Counted from the first letter of the stretch, positions 9,926 through 19,107 are shown. The stretch is DNA of 53,907 bases from Gemmatimonadota bacterium (GCA_016199245.1 JACQHC010000054.1:1-53907); one strand, 5' to 3'. Numbers and translations: made by a program. The notes: generated by a model not told the origin, from the letters alone.

Positions 9926-11146
9926 ATGACTGCCATGCGCACCGCTCTTGTCGCCTGTGCCGCCTCGCTGCTCACGGCGACCGCTCACGCCCAGACCCGC
10001 GCCCGCGACCTCGGCGTCCCCCTGGAGGGCACGCCGGGGCCGCTCAACGCCATCACCGACGTGCCCGGCGTGCGCGTGGGACACGCCACCATCGTCCGGG
10101 GCTCCGGGCGGCGCGTGATCGGCCACGGACCCGTGCGCACGGGCGTCACCGCTATCGTTCCGCGCGGCGACAACCTGGCCGATCCCGTGTTCGCGGGCTG
10201 GTTCACGCTGAACGGCAACGGCGAGATGACCGGCACCACGTGGCTCGAGGAGTCAGGCTTCCTCGAGGGCCCGGTGCTGATCACCAACACGCACAGCGTG
10301 GGCGTCGTGCGCGACGCCGTGATCGACTGGCTGGTGCGGCGCGGACGGCAGTTCTCCTGGGCGCTCCCGGTCGTGGCCGAGACGTACGACGGAAGCCTGA
10401 ACGACATCAACGGCTTCCACGTGAAGCCGGAGCACGCCTTCCTGGCACTCGACAGCGCCCGCGGCGGACCGGTGCCTGAGGGGAACGTAGGCGGCGGCAC
10501 CGGCATGGTGTGCCATCAGTTCAAGGGAGGGATTGGCACGTCGTCTCGGCGCGTGACCGTCGCGGGCGAGACGTACAACCTGGGTGTGTTGGTGCAGTGC
10601 AACTATGGCGCGCGCAACCTGCTGCGGATCGCGGGCGTTCCCGTCGGCACCGAGATCACCGACCTCATGCCGTGCTACGTGTCGCCACCAGTGGACCAGC
10701 CCACAGCACGCATCTGCGATCGCCCCGGTCCCGCCGAGGGACCCGATGAGGAGCCCGGCGGCTCGATTATCATCGTCGCGGCGACGGACGCGCCGCTGCT
10801 GCCGCACCAGCTCGAGCGCATCGCCCGCCGCACGAGCCTGGGGCTGGGCAAGATGGGGAGCATTGCGTCCAACGGCTCGGGAGACATTTTCGTCGCGTTC
10901 TCCACGGCGAATCCCGCAGCCGATCGTGGCCCGGGCCCCGCCCGGCTGATGGCGCTCCCCAATGAGCAGCTAGGCCCGCTGTTCCTCGCCACGGTGCAGG
11001 CCACCGAAGAGGCGATCATCAACGCCCTGGTCGCGGCGACCACCATGACGGGCGCGGACGACTACCGCGTGTACGCGCTGCCGCATGATCGGCTGCGCGC
11101 AAGTCTGCGAAAGTACGGGCGGTTGAATGAAGGGACACCGAGATAG
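9926..11146 (+). CDS. DmpA/BapA-type aminopeptidase (peptidase family S58/P1), secreted
   Basis: Family blocks (ITDVPGVRVGH, RTGVTAI.P, NGNGEMTG, ITNTHSVG, AETYDG.LNDI). Signal peptide MTAMRTALVACAASLLTATAHAQ starts at ATG 9926. Confidence 0.85.
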   Translation: MTAMRTALVACAASLLTATAHAQTRARDLGVPLEGTPGPLNAITDVPGVRVGHATIVRGSGRRVIGHGPVRTGVTAIVPRGDNLADPVFAGWFTLNGNGEMTGTTWLEESGFLEGPVLITNTHSVGVVRDAVIDWLVRRGRQFSWALPVVAETYDGSLNDINGFHVKPEHAFLALDSARGGPVPEGNVGGGTGMVCHQFKGGIGTSSRRVTVAGETYNLGVLVQCNYGARNLLRIAGVPVGTEITDLMPCYVSPPVDQPTARICDRPGPAEGPDEEPGGSIIIVAATDAPLLPHQLERIARRTSLGLGKMGSIASNGSGDIFVAFSTANPAADRGPGPARLMALPNEQLGPLFLATVQATEEAIINALVAATTMTGADDYRVYALPHDRLRASLRKYGRLNEGTPR

Positions 11147-11194
11147 ACGGCGCGAGCCCGAGTGCGCCGCGCGCCGTCGTGCTGCACCACCCCG

Positions 11195-11371
11195 TCACGA
11201 GGGCGTGATGACGTCCGGCCCTTTTCTCTCGTCTTCTTCCAGCTCGTGGAGCAGGCAGTTGACCGTCTGCTGAACCAGCGTCTCCACCTTCACGCCGCGC
11301 CGCACGGCCTCGCACTCGTAGGCGTGGTACTCCGCATCGCTCAGCTCAGCCCACACCCGCACTTTGTACAT
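11195..11371 (-). CDS. unlisted 58-aa ORF, possibly a ribbon-helix-helix-like small protein
   Basis: The ATG at 11371 is preceded by GGGAGG 5 nt upstream and lies 39 nt after the DUF35 stop. Third codon positions are strongly G/C-rich. Translation: MYKVRVWAELSDAEYHAYECEAVRRGVKVETLVQQTVNCLLHELEEDERKGPDVITPS. Falls below the 60-aa track cutoff. Confidence 0.45.
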   Translation of the reverse strand: MYKVRVWAELSDAEYHAYECEAVRRGVKVETLVQQTVNCLLHELEEDERKGPDVITPS

Positions 11372-11410
11372 GTCGCCTCCCTTCCCGGTGCCGGGCTAAT
11401 GGCGCTCTCG

Positions 11411-11803
11411 TCAACGCACCGGCACCGCCTTGTGACCATAACACAGAATGCCGCCCTTCCCTTCCTTCCGGATCCGGCGGAACTCCAGCGTCACCTCCGT
11501 CCCGGGTACGACCTCCTCGAGGTCGCAATCGGCAACCTGCACCATGAGGCGCGCGCCTTCCGGCGTCTCGACCACCGCCATCGCGTAGGGCGCTTCCATC
11601 TGGAATTCGGTCGGGGCGGCGTGAATCACCGTTGATGTGATCACCTTGCCGCGACGGGACAGCTTGACCGGACTAAACGTTTCACCGCGGCAGGCCGGGC
11701 AAATCCGCCTGACCGGATAGAGGATTGCCCCACACCCTCCGCATCGCGCCGCCTCCAACCGGTATCGGGCCGGGATCTCACGCCAGTATCTCGGGCTGGG
11801 CAT
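11411..11803 (-). CDS. DUF35 Zn-ribbon/OB-fold protein (scaffold subunit of the thiolase/HMGCS complex)
   Basis: Zn-ribbon CGGCG...CPAC followed by an OB-fold-like segment. Starts 4 nt after the thiolase stop. Confidence 0.85.
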   Translation of the reverse strand: MPSPRYWREIPARYRLEAARCGGCGAILYPVRRICPACRGETFSPVKLSRRGKVITSTVIHAAPTEFQMEAPYAMAVVETPEGARLMVQVADCDLEEVVPGTEVTLEFRRIRKEGKGGILCYGHKAVPVR

Positions 11804-11807
11804 GGCT

Positions 11808-12956
11808 TTAGACCCTCTCGAAGATGTGGACGACCGAGCTGGCTCCCGACCCGCCCATGTTCTGCGTCAGGCCGATCGCGGCGTCCGCCACCTGACGTTC
11901 GCCGGCCGCGCCGCGCAGTTGATCGAAGATCTCGATCACCTGGGCGATCCCGGTCGCTCCGACGGGGTGTCCCTTCGACTTGAGCCCGCCGCTCGGGTTC
12001 ACGGGCAGGCGCCCACCCAACGCGGTCTCACCGGTGCGCGCCGCCTGACCGCCACGCCCCGGCTCCACGAAGCACAGCGCTTCGATGACGCAGATCTCCG
12101 CGATCGAGAAGCAATCGTGCACCTCCGCCACGTCAATCCCTGAGGGCGAGAGCCCCGCCATCTTGTACGCCCGGCTGGCGGACAGGCGCACGGCGTCGAG
12201 GAACGCGGGGTCCCGGCGCTCCGCGAGCGCCATCGAGGAGGTCGCGAGGCCGCTGGCCCGGATCCTCACCGGCCGGTCGGTGAACTCCTTCGCACGCGAC
12301 AGCGGGCAGAGCAGCACCGCGGCAGCGCCGTCGCTCACGGGCGAGCAGTGCAGCAGGCGCAGCGGATCGGCCACCAGGGAGGAATTCATGACCTGCTCCA
12401 GCGTCACCTCCTGGCGGAACTGCGCCTTCGGATTGAGCGCTCCGTGCCGATGGTTCTTGACGGACACCGCCGCGAGATCCTCCAGCGTGGTGCCGTGCTG
12501 CTCCATGTGGGCACGGGCGATCATCGCGTACAGGCCCGGGAACGTCACGCCGTGATAGACCTCGGCCTCCTGGTCGGCCGCGCTGGCGAGCACGCCCGTC
12601 ACGTCTGCACCGTCGTTCATCTTCTCCACGCCGGCGGCGAGGACGACGTCGCTCATGCCCGAGGCGACATCGAGGAATGCCGCGCGGAGGGCCGCGCCCC
12701 CGGAGGCGCACGCCGACTCGACGCGGGTTGCCGCGACGCCCCGGAACCCCAGCTGGTCGACCAATAACGGGGCCAGGTGCTCCTGGCCCACGAACTGGCC
12801 GCCCGACATGTTCCCTACGTAGACGGCGTCCACCGAATCCGCGCGCGCGTTTCGCAGCGCCTCCAGCGAGGCCTCGACGAACAGATCGCGCAGGCTGTGC
12901 CGCCACAGCTCCCCGAACGGCGTCATTCCCGCTGAGACGACGGCGACCTCTCGCAT
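11808..12956 (-). CDS. thiolase-domain protein (archaeal-type acetyl-CoA acetyltransferase)
   Basis: [17 protein letters not shown]-terminus, active-site style ACASGG, and C-terminal [22 protein letters not shown] lies upstream of the ATG. Confidence 0.9.
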   Translation of the reverse strand: MREVAVVSAGMTPFGELWRHSLRDLFVEASLEALRNARADSVDAVYVGNMSGGQFVGQEHLAPLLVDQLGFRGVAATRVESACASGGAALRAAFLDVASGMSDVVLAAGVEKMNDGADVTGVLASAADQEAEVYHGVTFPGLYAMIARAHMEQHGTTLEDLAAVSVKNHRHGALNPKAQFRQEVTLEQVMNSSLVADPLRLLHCSPVSDGAAAVLLCPLSRAKEFTDRPVRIRASGLATSSMALAERRDPAFLDAVRLSASRAYKMAGLSPSGIDVAEVHDCFSIAEICVIEALCFVEPGRGGQAARTGETALGGRLPVNPSGGLKSKGHPVGATGIAQVIEIFDQLRGAAGERQVADAAIGLTQNMGGSGASSVVHIFERV

Positions 12957-12969
12957 GACCGACCTCCGG

Positions 12970-14016
12970 TTACTCGTTCAGCAGGATCTTTTCCCGGTAC
13001 TTCGCGTACTGGCCGTACGTCAGGTAGCGGCGCTTGCCTTCGAGCATCGAGCGAACCGTGGGCGCACGGCTTCGGCGCTCCAGCAGCAGCTCCGTGGCCC
13101 GCAGCACGAACGCGTCGCTTCCCGCTCCGGAGCCGAACGACGTGATCAGCACGAGGTCCCCCGGGTCTGCGACATCGAGCGCCGCCGCGAGGCCCGTGGG
13201 TGACGAGCCGGAGTACGTGTTGCCCATGGTGGGGACCACCCAGCCGGGCTCGAGCTGCTGCCTGGTGAATCCGAGTTCCGCACCCACGGACAGAGGGAAT
13301 TTCCCGTTCGGCATGTGGAACACGGCGTAGCGGAAATCAGCGGGCCTGAGACCGGCGCGCTCGAGAATCGCGCGCGCGGCCGTTGAAACATGCCGAAAGT
13401 ACGCCGGCTCGCCCGTGAAGCGACCCGTGTGGCGCGGGTAAAATTCACCCTCGCGGCGCCAGAAGTCCGGCGTGTCGGTCGTGTAGCTGTAGGTCTCCAC
13501 CACGTCGGCGAGCAATTCCCGCGGCCCGAACAGGTACGCCGCGCCGCCGGCCGAAGCCGAGTACTCGAGCGCGTCGTTGGGCGCACCCTGGGACGTGTCG
13601 GCACCGATGGCCAGGGCGTACTCCACCCGCCCCGATTCCACCAGGGACAGCGCCACGAACATCGCCTCGGTGCCCGCCTTGCAGGCGAACTCGAAGTCGG
13701 CCACGTGCACTTCCGGCCCGACGCCCAGCGCCTCCGCCACCACGGTGCCGCTTGGCTTCACCGCGTAGGGGTGCGACTCCGAGCCGATGTAGAGCGCCCC
13801 CACGCGCTGTGGGTCTATCCCGGCGCGCTCCAGGGCCGCGCGGCCCGCCTCGACGGAGATGGTGATCGTGTCCTCATCGAGCCCGGGCACGGACTTCTCC
13901 TCGAGCAACAGCCCACGACGCACGGCCACGGGGTCCTTGCCCCACTGGCGGGCGATTTCTTCGGTCTTGATCCGATTGCGGGGGATGAACGCGCCGTATC
14001 CTACGATCCCAGCCAT
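12970..14016 (-). CDS. hydroxymethylglutaryl-CoA synthase family protein (archaeal-type)
   Basis: [14 protein letters not shown]-terminus, EFACKAGT active-site Cys region, 348 aa. GAGGTGA Shine-Dalgarno site upstream. Confidence 0.88.
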   Translation of the reverse strand: MAGIVGYGAFIPRNRIKTEEIARQWGKDPVAVRRGLLLEEKSVPGLDEDTITISVEAGRAALERAGIDPQRVGALYIGSESHPYAVKPSGTVVAEALGVGPEVHVADFEFACKAGTEAMFVALSLVESGRVEYALAIGADTSQGAPNDALEYSASAGGAAYLFGPRELLADVVETYSYTTDTPDFWRREGEFYPRHTGRFTGEPAYFRHVSTAARAILERAGLRPADFRYAVFHMPNGKFPLSVGAELGFTRQQLEPGWVVPTMGNTYSGSSPTGLAAALDVADPGDLVLITSFGSGAGSDAFVLRATELLLERRSRAPTVRSMLEGKRRYLTYGQYAKYREKILLNE

Positions 14017-14212
14017 GGGTCACCTCGGCAGCTGGACACTCGGAGGCCTTGGCATCAAAGCAGAGCAAAGCGCGTTGAAGAGTCGGTGAAGGCTGTCTGA
14101 AGGAGAGGGTGGCCGGTGACCGGCCGCCGACCTATCGTTCCACCACTACGGCCCGTGTCTTCCGCGTGAGACCCGAGCGGCCGCTCCCGAGCCCGCTCCA
14201 CCTGGAGACCCC

Positions 14213-16315
14213 ATGAAGATCGTGCATGTCCTCAGCGGCACGGTGCTCGCGGCGCTCGCCGCAAGCTCCGCCATCGCTCAGCAGCGTCCCATCTCGTCCG
14301 TCGACTACTACCGCCTCGTCACCGTCTCGGAGCCGAGCGTGTCGCCATCAGGCGCGGCTGTGGCGTTCACCGTGACGACCGTCGTCGAGGACAAAGACCG
14401 CCGCCATCGCGAGGTGTGGCTCGCGCCTGCCGACGGCACGGCCCCTCCCTATCGCCTCACCAGCGTCAGCACTGAGGGCTCCAACGCGCGCTGGTCCCCG
14501 GATGGCTCGCTCCTCGCCTTCAGCAGCCGGCGTGACAGCGCGGGCGTTGAGGACGACGACGGCGTGTGGTTCCTCCGAACCGGCGCGCTGGCAGGGGAGG
14601 CGTTCCGGATTAGCGGCGTGCACGCCGCGCCGGTGTGGTCCCGGGACGGGGCGTGGATGGCGTACCTCTGGGCCGGCGCGGTCCCGGACACTGTACAGCG
14701 CGATCCCCGCCGCGGCTGGGTGGCGCCGGACGCCATCACCCGCGGGCCAGACCCCAAGCGGTTCGACGGACGGGTGATCACGCACGTCCCGTACAAGGCG
14801 GATGGACAGGGGTTCCTGCGCGACGTGCGGAGCGAGCCGCGTCAACACATCTACGTGGTGCCTGCCGCCGGAGGCGAGCCGCGGCAGCTCACATCCGGGC
14901 AGCTCGCGCAGCGCAGCATCGCATGGTCGCCCGACGGCCGATCCATTGCCTTCGTGCAGGACTCGACCGACGAAGACGAACGGCGGCTGGATCAGCACCC
15001 GGACATCTACCTGGTGGACGTCACGACCGGCGTCCTGCGGCGGCTCACGACCGACCCCGGCTACCACACCAATCCGGCTTTCTCGCCGGATGGCCGCACC
15101 ATCGCCTACAACTGCTCGGCGGGACGCGGGCAACCCAACGACATGTGCGTGATGCCGGTGGCCGGGGGAGAACCGCGCAACCTCACGAGGGAGTGGAACC
15201 TCGACCCCGGCGCGCCGGCGTGGTCCACCGACGGTTCCACCATTTCGTTCAACGCGGACACCGAGGGGAACGTGCACCTGTTCCGCATCCCTGCCCGCGG
15301 CGGCCAGGTCACGCAGGTCACCCGCGGCCTGCGACAGCTTGGCGGGTTCTCGGCGAGCGTCGATGGCAAGATGATGGCCTTCGCCGCGAGCGACATCACT
15401 CACCCGAGCGAGTTGTTCGTGGTGCAGGGCGACGGCAGCGGCGAACGGCGGTTGACGAGCTTCAACGATCGATACCTCGCGGAGGTCACCGCGATTCCCG
15501 CGGACACGATCTGGTACACCAGCGTGGGCGGAGCGAGAATCCACGGGTGGCTCCACAAGCCGTACGCGTACGAGCCCGGCCGGAAGTACCCGCTCGTGCT
15601 CTACATCCACGGCGGGCCACACGGCCAGTACGGCAACGTGTACTTCCATGAGTTCCAGATGCTGGCGGGCCAGGGGTACTGGGTGCTGTTCACCAACCCG
15701 AGGGGATCTACCGGTTACGGTCACGACTTCACCTACGCCACACGCCTGCGGTGGGGCATGGAGGACTACGAGGATCTCCTGAAGGGCGTGGACGAGGTGA
15801 TTCGTCGCACCGGCCAGGTGGACACCACGCGGATGGCCGTACTGGGCGGTTCCTACGGCGGCTTCATGACGAACTGGATCCTGGGCCATACCAACCGATT
15901 CGCGGTGGCGCAGACCGACCGATCCATTATGAACTGGTTCTCGTGGTACGGGTCGTCCGAGGCCCAGGGGCTCACCGAGTACGAGTTCGGCGGCTTTCCC
16001 TGGGATCAGGATTCGCTCTACTGGGCGCTGTCACCCCTCAAGTTCGTGAAGAACATGCGAACCCCGCTCCTCATCGTACACAGCGAGGAAGACCACCGCA
16101 CGCCCATCACGGACGGCGAACAGCTGTTCATGGCGCTCAAGAAGCGAGGCGTGCCCGTGGAGTTCGTGCGCTATCCGCGCAGCTCGCACGGACTCTCGCG
16201 CACGGGGCCGCCGTGGCTCCTGGTGGATCGGTTGGAACGGATTCGCACCTGGTTCGCGCACTGGATCGGGACGGGATCGGCACCGGCGCGGGCTGCGAGC
16301 GGCGGAGCGCGATAG
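14213..16315 (+). CDS. S9 family peptidase (prolyl oligopeptidase/acylaminoacyl-peptidase type), secreted
   Basis: Signal peptide, beta-propeller region with repeated SPDG motifs, and the catalytic nucleophile motif GGSYGG. Confidence 0.9.
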   Translation: MKIVHVLSGTVLAALAASSAIAQQRPISSVDYYRLVTVSEPSVSPSGAAVAFTVTTVVEDKDRRHREVWLAPADGTAPPYRLTSVSTEGSNARWSPDGSLLAFSSRRDSAGVEDDDGVWFLRTGALAGEAFRISGVHAAPVWSRDGAWMAYLWAGAVPDTVQRDPRRGWVAPDAITRGPDPKRFDGRVITHVPYKADGQGFLRDVRSEPRQHIYVVPAAGGEPRQLTSGQLAQRSIAWSPDGRSIAFVQDSTDEDERRLDQHPDIYLVDVTTGVLRRLTTDPGYHTNPAFSPDGRTIAYNCSAGRGQPNDMCVMPVAGGEPRNLTREWNLDPGAPAWSTDGSTISFNADTEGNVHLFRIPARGGQVTQVTRGLRQLGGFSASVDGKMMAFAASDITHPSELFVVQGDGSGERRLTSFNDRYLAEVTAIPADTIWYTSVGGARIHGWLHKPYAYEPGRKYPLVLYIHGGPHGQYGNVYFHEFQMLAGQGYWVLFTNPRGSTGYGHDFTYATRLRWGMEDYEDLLKGVDEVIRRTGQVDTTRMAVLGGSYGGFMTNWILGHTNRFAVAQTDRSIMNWFSWYGSSEAQGLTEYEFGGFPWDQDSLYWALSPLKFVKNMRTPLLIVHSEEDHRTPITDGEQLFMALKKRGVPVEFVRYPRSSHGLSRTGPPWLLVDRLERIRTWFAHWIGTGSAPARAASGGAR

Positions 16316-16317
16316 AC

Positions 16318-16440
16318 GGCGCCTGAGCGGACGCGCTCGCCGAAGCGATGCCGGGGCGCGAACTCCGTAACCCGTCTGGTCGCCAAGGATTGGCTCGGCC
16401 CATAGGCATCGCGGAGCGCGGGCGCGTCCACTCAGGCGCC
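16318..16440. repeat. 19-nt inverted repeat pair between convergent genes
   Basis: GGCGCCTGAGCGGACGCGC (16318..16336) versus GCGCGTCCACTCAGGCGCC (16422..16440). The arms are complementary at 18 of 19 positions, with an 85-nt spacer. Confidence 0.55.
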
Positions 16441-16472
16441 GGCCTATACCCGTTCTTCAGCAGCTGCTCGGT

Positions 16473-18029
16473 TCAGCGCCGCGCAGCCGCAGCTCGTTCG
16501 ATCCCTTCCACGGTCTTCGGCGCGGCGGCCGAGAGGTTCTCGTACCCGGCGTTCGTTACCAGGATCATGTCCTCGATCATGATCCCGAGGCCTTTCTCCG
16601 GGATGTAGAGCTTGGGCTCCACGGTGAACACCATCCCGGCGGCGAGCGGCAAGGAGTAGTCGCGGCTGTCGGTGGCGTCGAGGCCGATATGGTGACCCAG
16701 GTCGCGCACGCCCATTCCGGTCGCGCTGTAGCGAGTGAGCCCGCCGTTGCGGGCGAGATAGTGGGTGGGTGAGGGCATCAGACCCCACACGCTCTCCTCT
16801 CCCATGCGGTTCACGTCTTCGTACTGCTCGAGGCCGTGCTTCCGATACACAGCCGCGGCGGCCTTGATCACGTCGACCATCATCACCCCCGGATGAATCG
16901 CGGCGAGGGCGGCTTCCTGGGCTTCGAGCACGATCTCGTAGAACCTGCGCTGTTCGTCGCTGAACTTCCCCGAAACCGGATACGTGCGGCACACATCCGA
17001 GGCGTAGGTCATGTACTCCGCCGCGCCGTAGTCAATGAAGACCAACTCGCCATCCTGGATCACGCGGTCGGTGGAGTTGTAGTTCTCCGACCGGAGCGTG
17101 AACAGGCTCACGGCGCCCGGTCCCGACATCACGATTGGCGTGAACGCGGCGCGGGGCGATCCCTGGCGCTTCCAGGAGTACTCCATGAGCCCTGCGACCT
17201 CGAGCTCGTTGATGCCCGGGCGCAGCGCACGCAGCACATCGGTGAAGCTCTGGGCACTGATTTGAGCCGCGCGCCGGAGGGCCGCGATCTCGTGCTCGTC
17301 CTTGATCAGGCGCATGCGATGCACCAGGGGCGTCGCGTCGGCGATCGCCCGCCCCGGGAGCGCGTCCAGCAGAGATTGCTCGTACTGCTGGCGAATGGTT
17401 TTGGGGCGCGACAAACCAGCAGGTGCATACAACTCGGCACCGTCCCGAGTCAAATACACCGTTCGCGCCGTTCCGACGATCTCTAGAAGCCGCATCGCCA
17501 GTTCGTCGATGGGCAACGTCTCGCCGATGCCGGTCGCCCGTTCAGCCTCCGGGCCCGGGCTCAACCGCCGGATAGGCTGGTTCCACGCGGCGCGGCGGAA
17601 CCGCTCGTCCTGCATGGGAAACTGCCCGCCGGCGAACTGAAAGCGCTCAGGGACGAACAAGACTTCCCTTCTGCCGCCCATGCGGCCGATGCCGCTCATG
17701 CCGCCACTTCCACCTTCCGGGCCAATCACCAGCACCGCGTACGGCGACTCCACACCCGTCAAATACCAGAAATCCGAATCCTGTTTGTCCCGCCCGCCGT
17801 TGGCGATGAGATAGGCGCCCGGAACCACGACCGCCGCATTCGGCTCGAGCTGGCTCACGAGGCGTGCGCGGCGCGCGGCATAGACCTCCGAGGGGAACGC
17901 CACGTCGCTCTGAGGAGCCGCAGGCTCCACAGCCAGCGCAGACATGACGCACAGCGCCCCGCAGACACGCCGAACCACCGGCGCCCCGGAGCGCATTTCT
18001 CGAATCCTACTGAGTCTCGCCTCACGCAT
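16473..18029 (-). CDS. M24 family Xaa-Pro aminopeptidase, secreted
   Basis: Creatinase-like N-domain plus an M24 metal-ligand region (FIDYGAAEYMTYASD, GHHIGLD, FTVEP, IEDM). Signal-peptide-like N-terminus. Confidence 0.88.
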   Translation of the reverse strand: MREARLSRIREMRSGAPVVRRVCGALCVMSALAVEPAAPQSDVAFPSEVYAARRARLVSQLEPNAAVVVPGAYLIANGGRDKQDSDFWYLTGVESPYAVLVIGPEGGSGGMSGIGRMGGRREVLFVPERFQFAGGQFPMQDERFRRAAWNQPIRRLSPGPEAERATGIGETLPIDELAMRLLEIVGTARTVYLTRDGAELYAPAGLSRPKTIRQQYEQSLLDALPGRAIADATPLVHRMRLIKDEHEIAALRRAAQISAQSFTDVLRALRPGINELEVAGLMEYSWKRQGSPRAAFTPIVMSGPGAVSLFTLRSENYNSTDRVIQDGELVFIDYGAAEYMTYASDVCRTYPVSGKFSDEQRRFYEIVLEAQEAALAAIHPGVMMVDVIKAAAAVYRKHGLEQYEDVNRMGEESVWGLMPSPTHYLARNGGLTRYSATGMGVRDLGHHIGLDATDSRDYSLPLAAGMVFTVEPKLYIPEKGLGIMIEDMILVTNAGYENLSAAAPKTVEGIERAAAARR

Positions 18030-18295
18030 GGGTCGCCTCTCGGCTTATCGCCGCGAACGTGTTCGGTTCGTCCGACTCACTGCAGCGGTCTCGTCGGGCC
18101 GCAGGATCCCTAACTTGGCCGGGGCGCGGGGGACGCGTCAATCGAAATGCAGGTTGATGACCGGCCTCGACAGCCGGCAGGGGCGAGACACCGCGGGGGC
18201 GAGAATACGCTGGACGGTGCCCAACGTGCCGGCCACTCCCTCGAGCGGCCTCCCCGTGACAACCACGCGCTGCGGGGCTGGATTCTGCCCTGGCC

Positions 18296-18324
18296 TTGAC
18301 AGGCGGGACGGTAGGTTCTATGGT
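18296..18324 (+). promoter_or_regulatory. candidate sigma70-like promoter of the MarR gene
   Basis: TTGACA (18296..18301), a 17-nt spacer, then TATGGT (18319..18324). An unusually AT-rich 23-nt stretch follows (18325..18347, GGTA...TACC ends). This geometry argues against the listed TTG 18324 start. Confidence 0.4.
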
Positions 18325-18347
18325 TGGTACTAACAACTATTATACCG

Positions 18348-18863
18348 ATGCCAGCCACCACCGCCGACCGTCCAACAACCCTGCTCTCCGCCAGCCTGCG
18401 TCGGGACGGGAGGGCGCTCGCCCATGTCCTGTCCGAATTGGGCCGCCTGTACCAGTTCCACGACCGTGACTGCATTTGTTGCTACGACGTTTCGGTCACG
18501 CAATGCCGCGCCCTCGAGCTGCTGGCCGAGCGCGGGCTGATGACGCTCAACGAGCTGGCGGCGGGTCTGTATCTCGACAAGAGCACGACCAGCCGAGTGG
18601 TGGACGCGCTGGAGCGGAAGGAGTACGCGCGACGCAAGGCACATCCCGCGGACGGGCGCGCGGTGCGGGTCGAGCTGTCGCATCGAGGACGGGGCCTGGT
18701 GCAGCGCATCGAGGACGACCTCGCCATGCGTCACGCCGGCCTGCTTGCCGAGTTCAGCCCGGACGTCCGGCAGGCGGCGATTCGTCTGCTGTCCCAGCTC
18801 GCCGAAGCCGCGGCGCAGCGGGTGCAGACGGTCGGAGGGAAGTGTTGTGTGGTCGATCGATGA
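18348..18863 (+). CDS. MarR-family transcriptional regulator with vicinal-cysteine motifs
   Basis: MarR winged-helix block (LNELAAGLYLDKSTTSRVVDALERKEYARRKAHPADGRAVRVELSHRG). It also has DCICCYD near the N-terminus and ends in GGKCCVVDR. Confidence 0.85.
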   Translation: MPATTADRPTTLLSASLRRDGRALAHVLSELGRLYQFHDRDCICCYDVSVTQCRALELLAERGLMTLNELAAGLYLDKSTTSRVVDALERKEYARRKAHPADGRAVRVELSHRGRGLVQRIEDDLAMRHAGLLAEFSPDVRQAAIRLLSQLAEAAAQRVQTVGGKCCVVDR

Positions 18864-18952
18864 CGCGCGCCGAGCGGTGCACGAACGGTCCCCAGGCTGA
18901 AGGCTGGAGTGGAGAGTCCGAACCATGAACGGTCGAAAGGAGGTGAGCGTCT

Positions 18953-19000
18953 ATGGGCAACTGGGATTGCTGCCCGCCGGGCTGTTGCGGCGGTGACTGA
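18953..19000 (+). CDS. unlisted 15-codon tetracysteine micro-ORF, MGNWDCCPPGCCGGD
   Basis: ATG 18953, TGA 18998..19000. AAGGAGGTGA at 18937..18946 gives near-ideal spacing. It lies 90 nt downstream of the MarR stop and is followed directly by a long hairpin. Confidence 0.4.
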   Translation: MGNWDCCPPGCCGGD

Positions 19001-19004
19001 ACAG

Positions 19005-19101
19005 ACAGGCGATGAGAGCCGACGATAGCCGATGTCGGTCGACGATGGCGACGGAAGCTGACGTGGGCCGCCGTCGGCTTACGTCGGCTCCCGTCGCCTG
19101 T
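19005..19101. repeat. inverted pair of 3 x 10-nt unit arrays (REP-like), probable bidirectional terminator
   Basis: Left arm ACAGGCGATG AGAGCCGACG ATAGCCGATG (19005..19034). Right arm CGTCGGCTTA CGTCGGCTCC CGTCGCCTGT (19072..19101). About 25 of 30 positions are complementary. TTCGTTCTT follows the right arm. Confidence 0.6.
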
Positions 19102-19107
19102 TCGTTC

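Noticed and set aside
11162-11635. 157-aa plus-strand ORF
   Set aside because: It is antisense to the DUF35 gene and to the 58-aa ORF, both of which have good RBSs and sensible translations.
14109-14216. 35-codon upstream ORF (GTG start) ending in an ATGA overlap with the S9 peptidase start
   Set aside because: The SD spacing is too short (about 3 nt), the start is GTG, and the composition is unremarkable. The overlap could be chance. It is not supportable without comparative or Ribo-seq data.
18953-19101. Reading the Cys-rich micro-ORF plus hairpin as a cysteine-responsive leader-peptide attenuator
   Set aside because: No gene lies downstream on the same strand to be attenuated. The next gene is convergent (S9 peptidase, stop at 19108), so a classic attenuator is unlikely.
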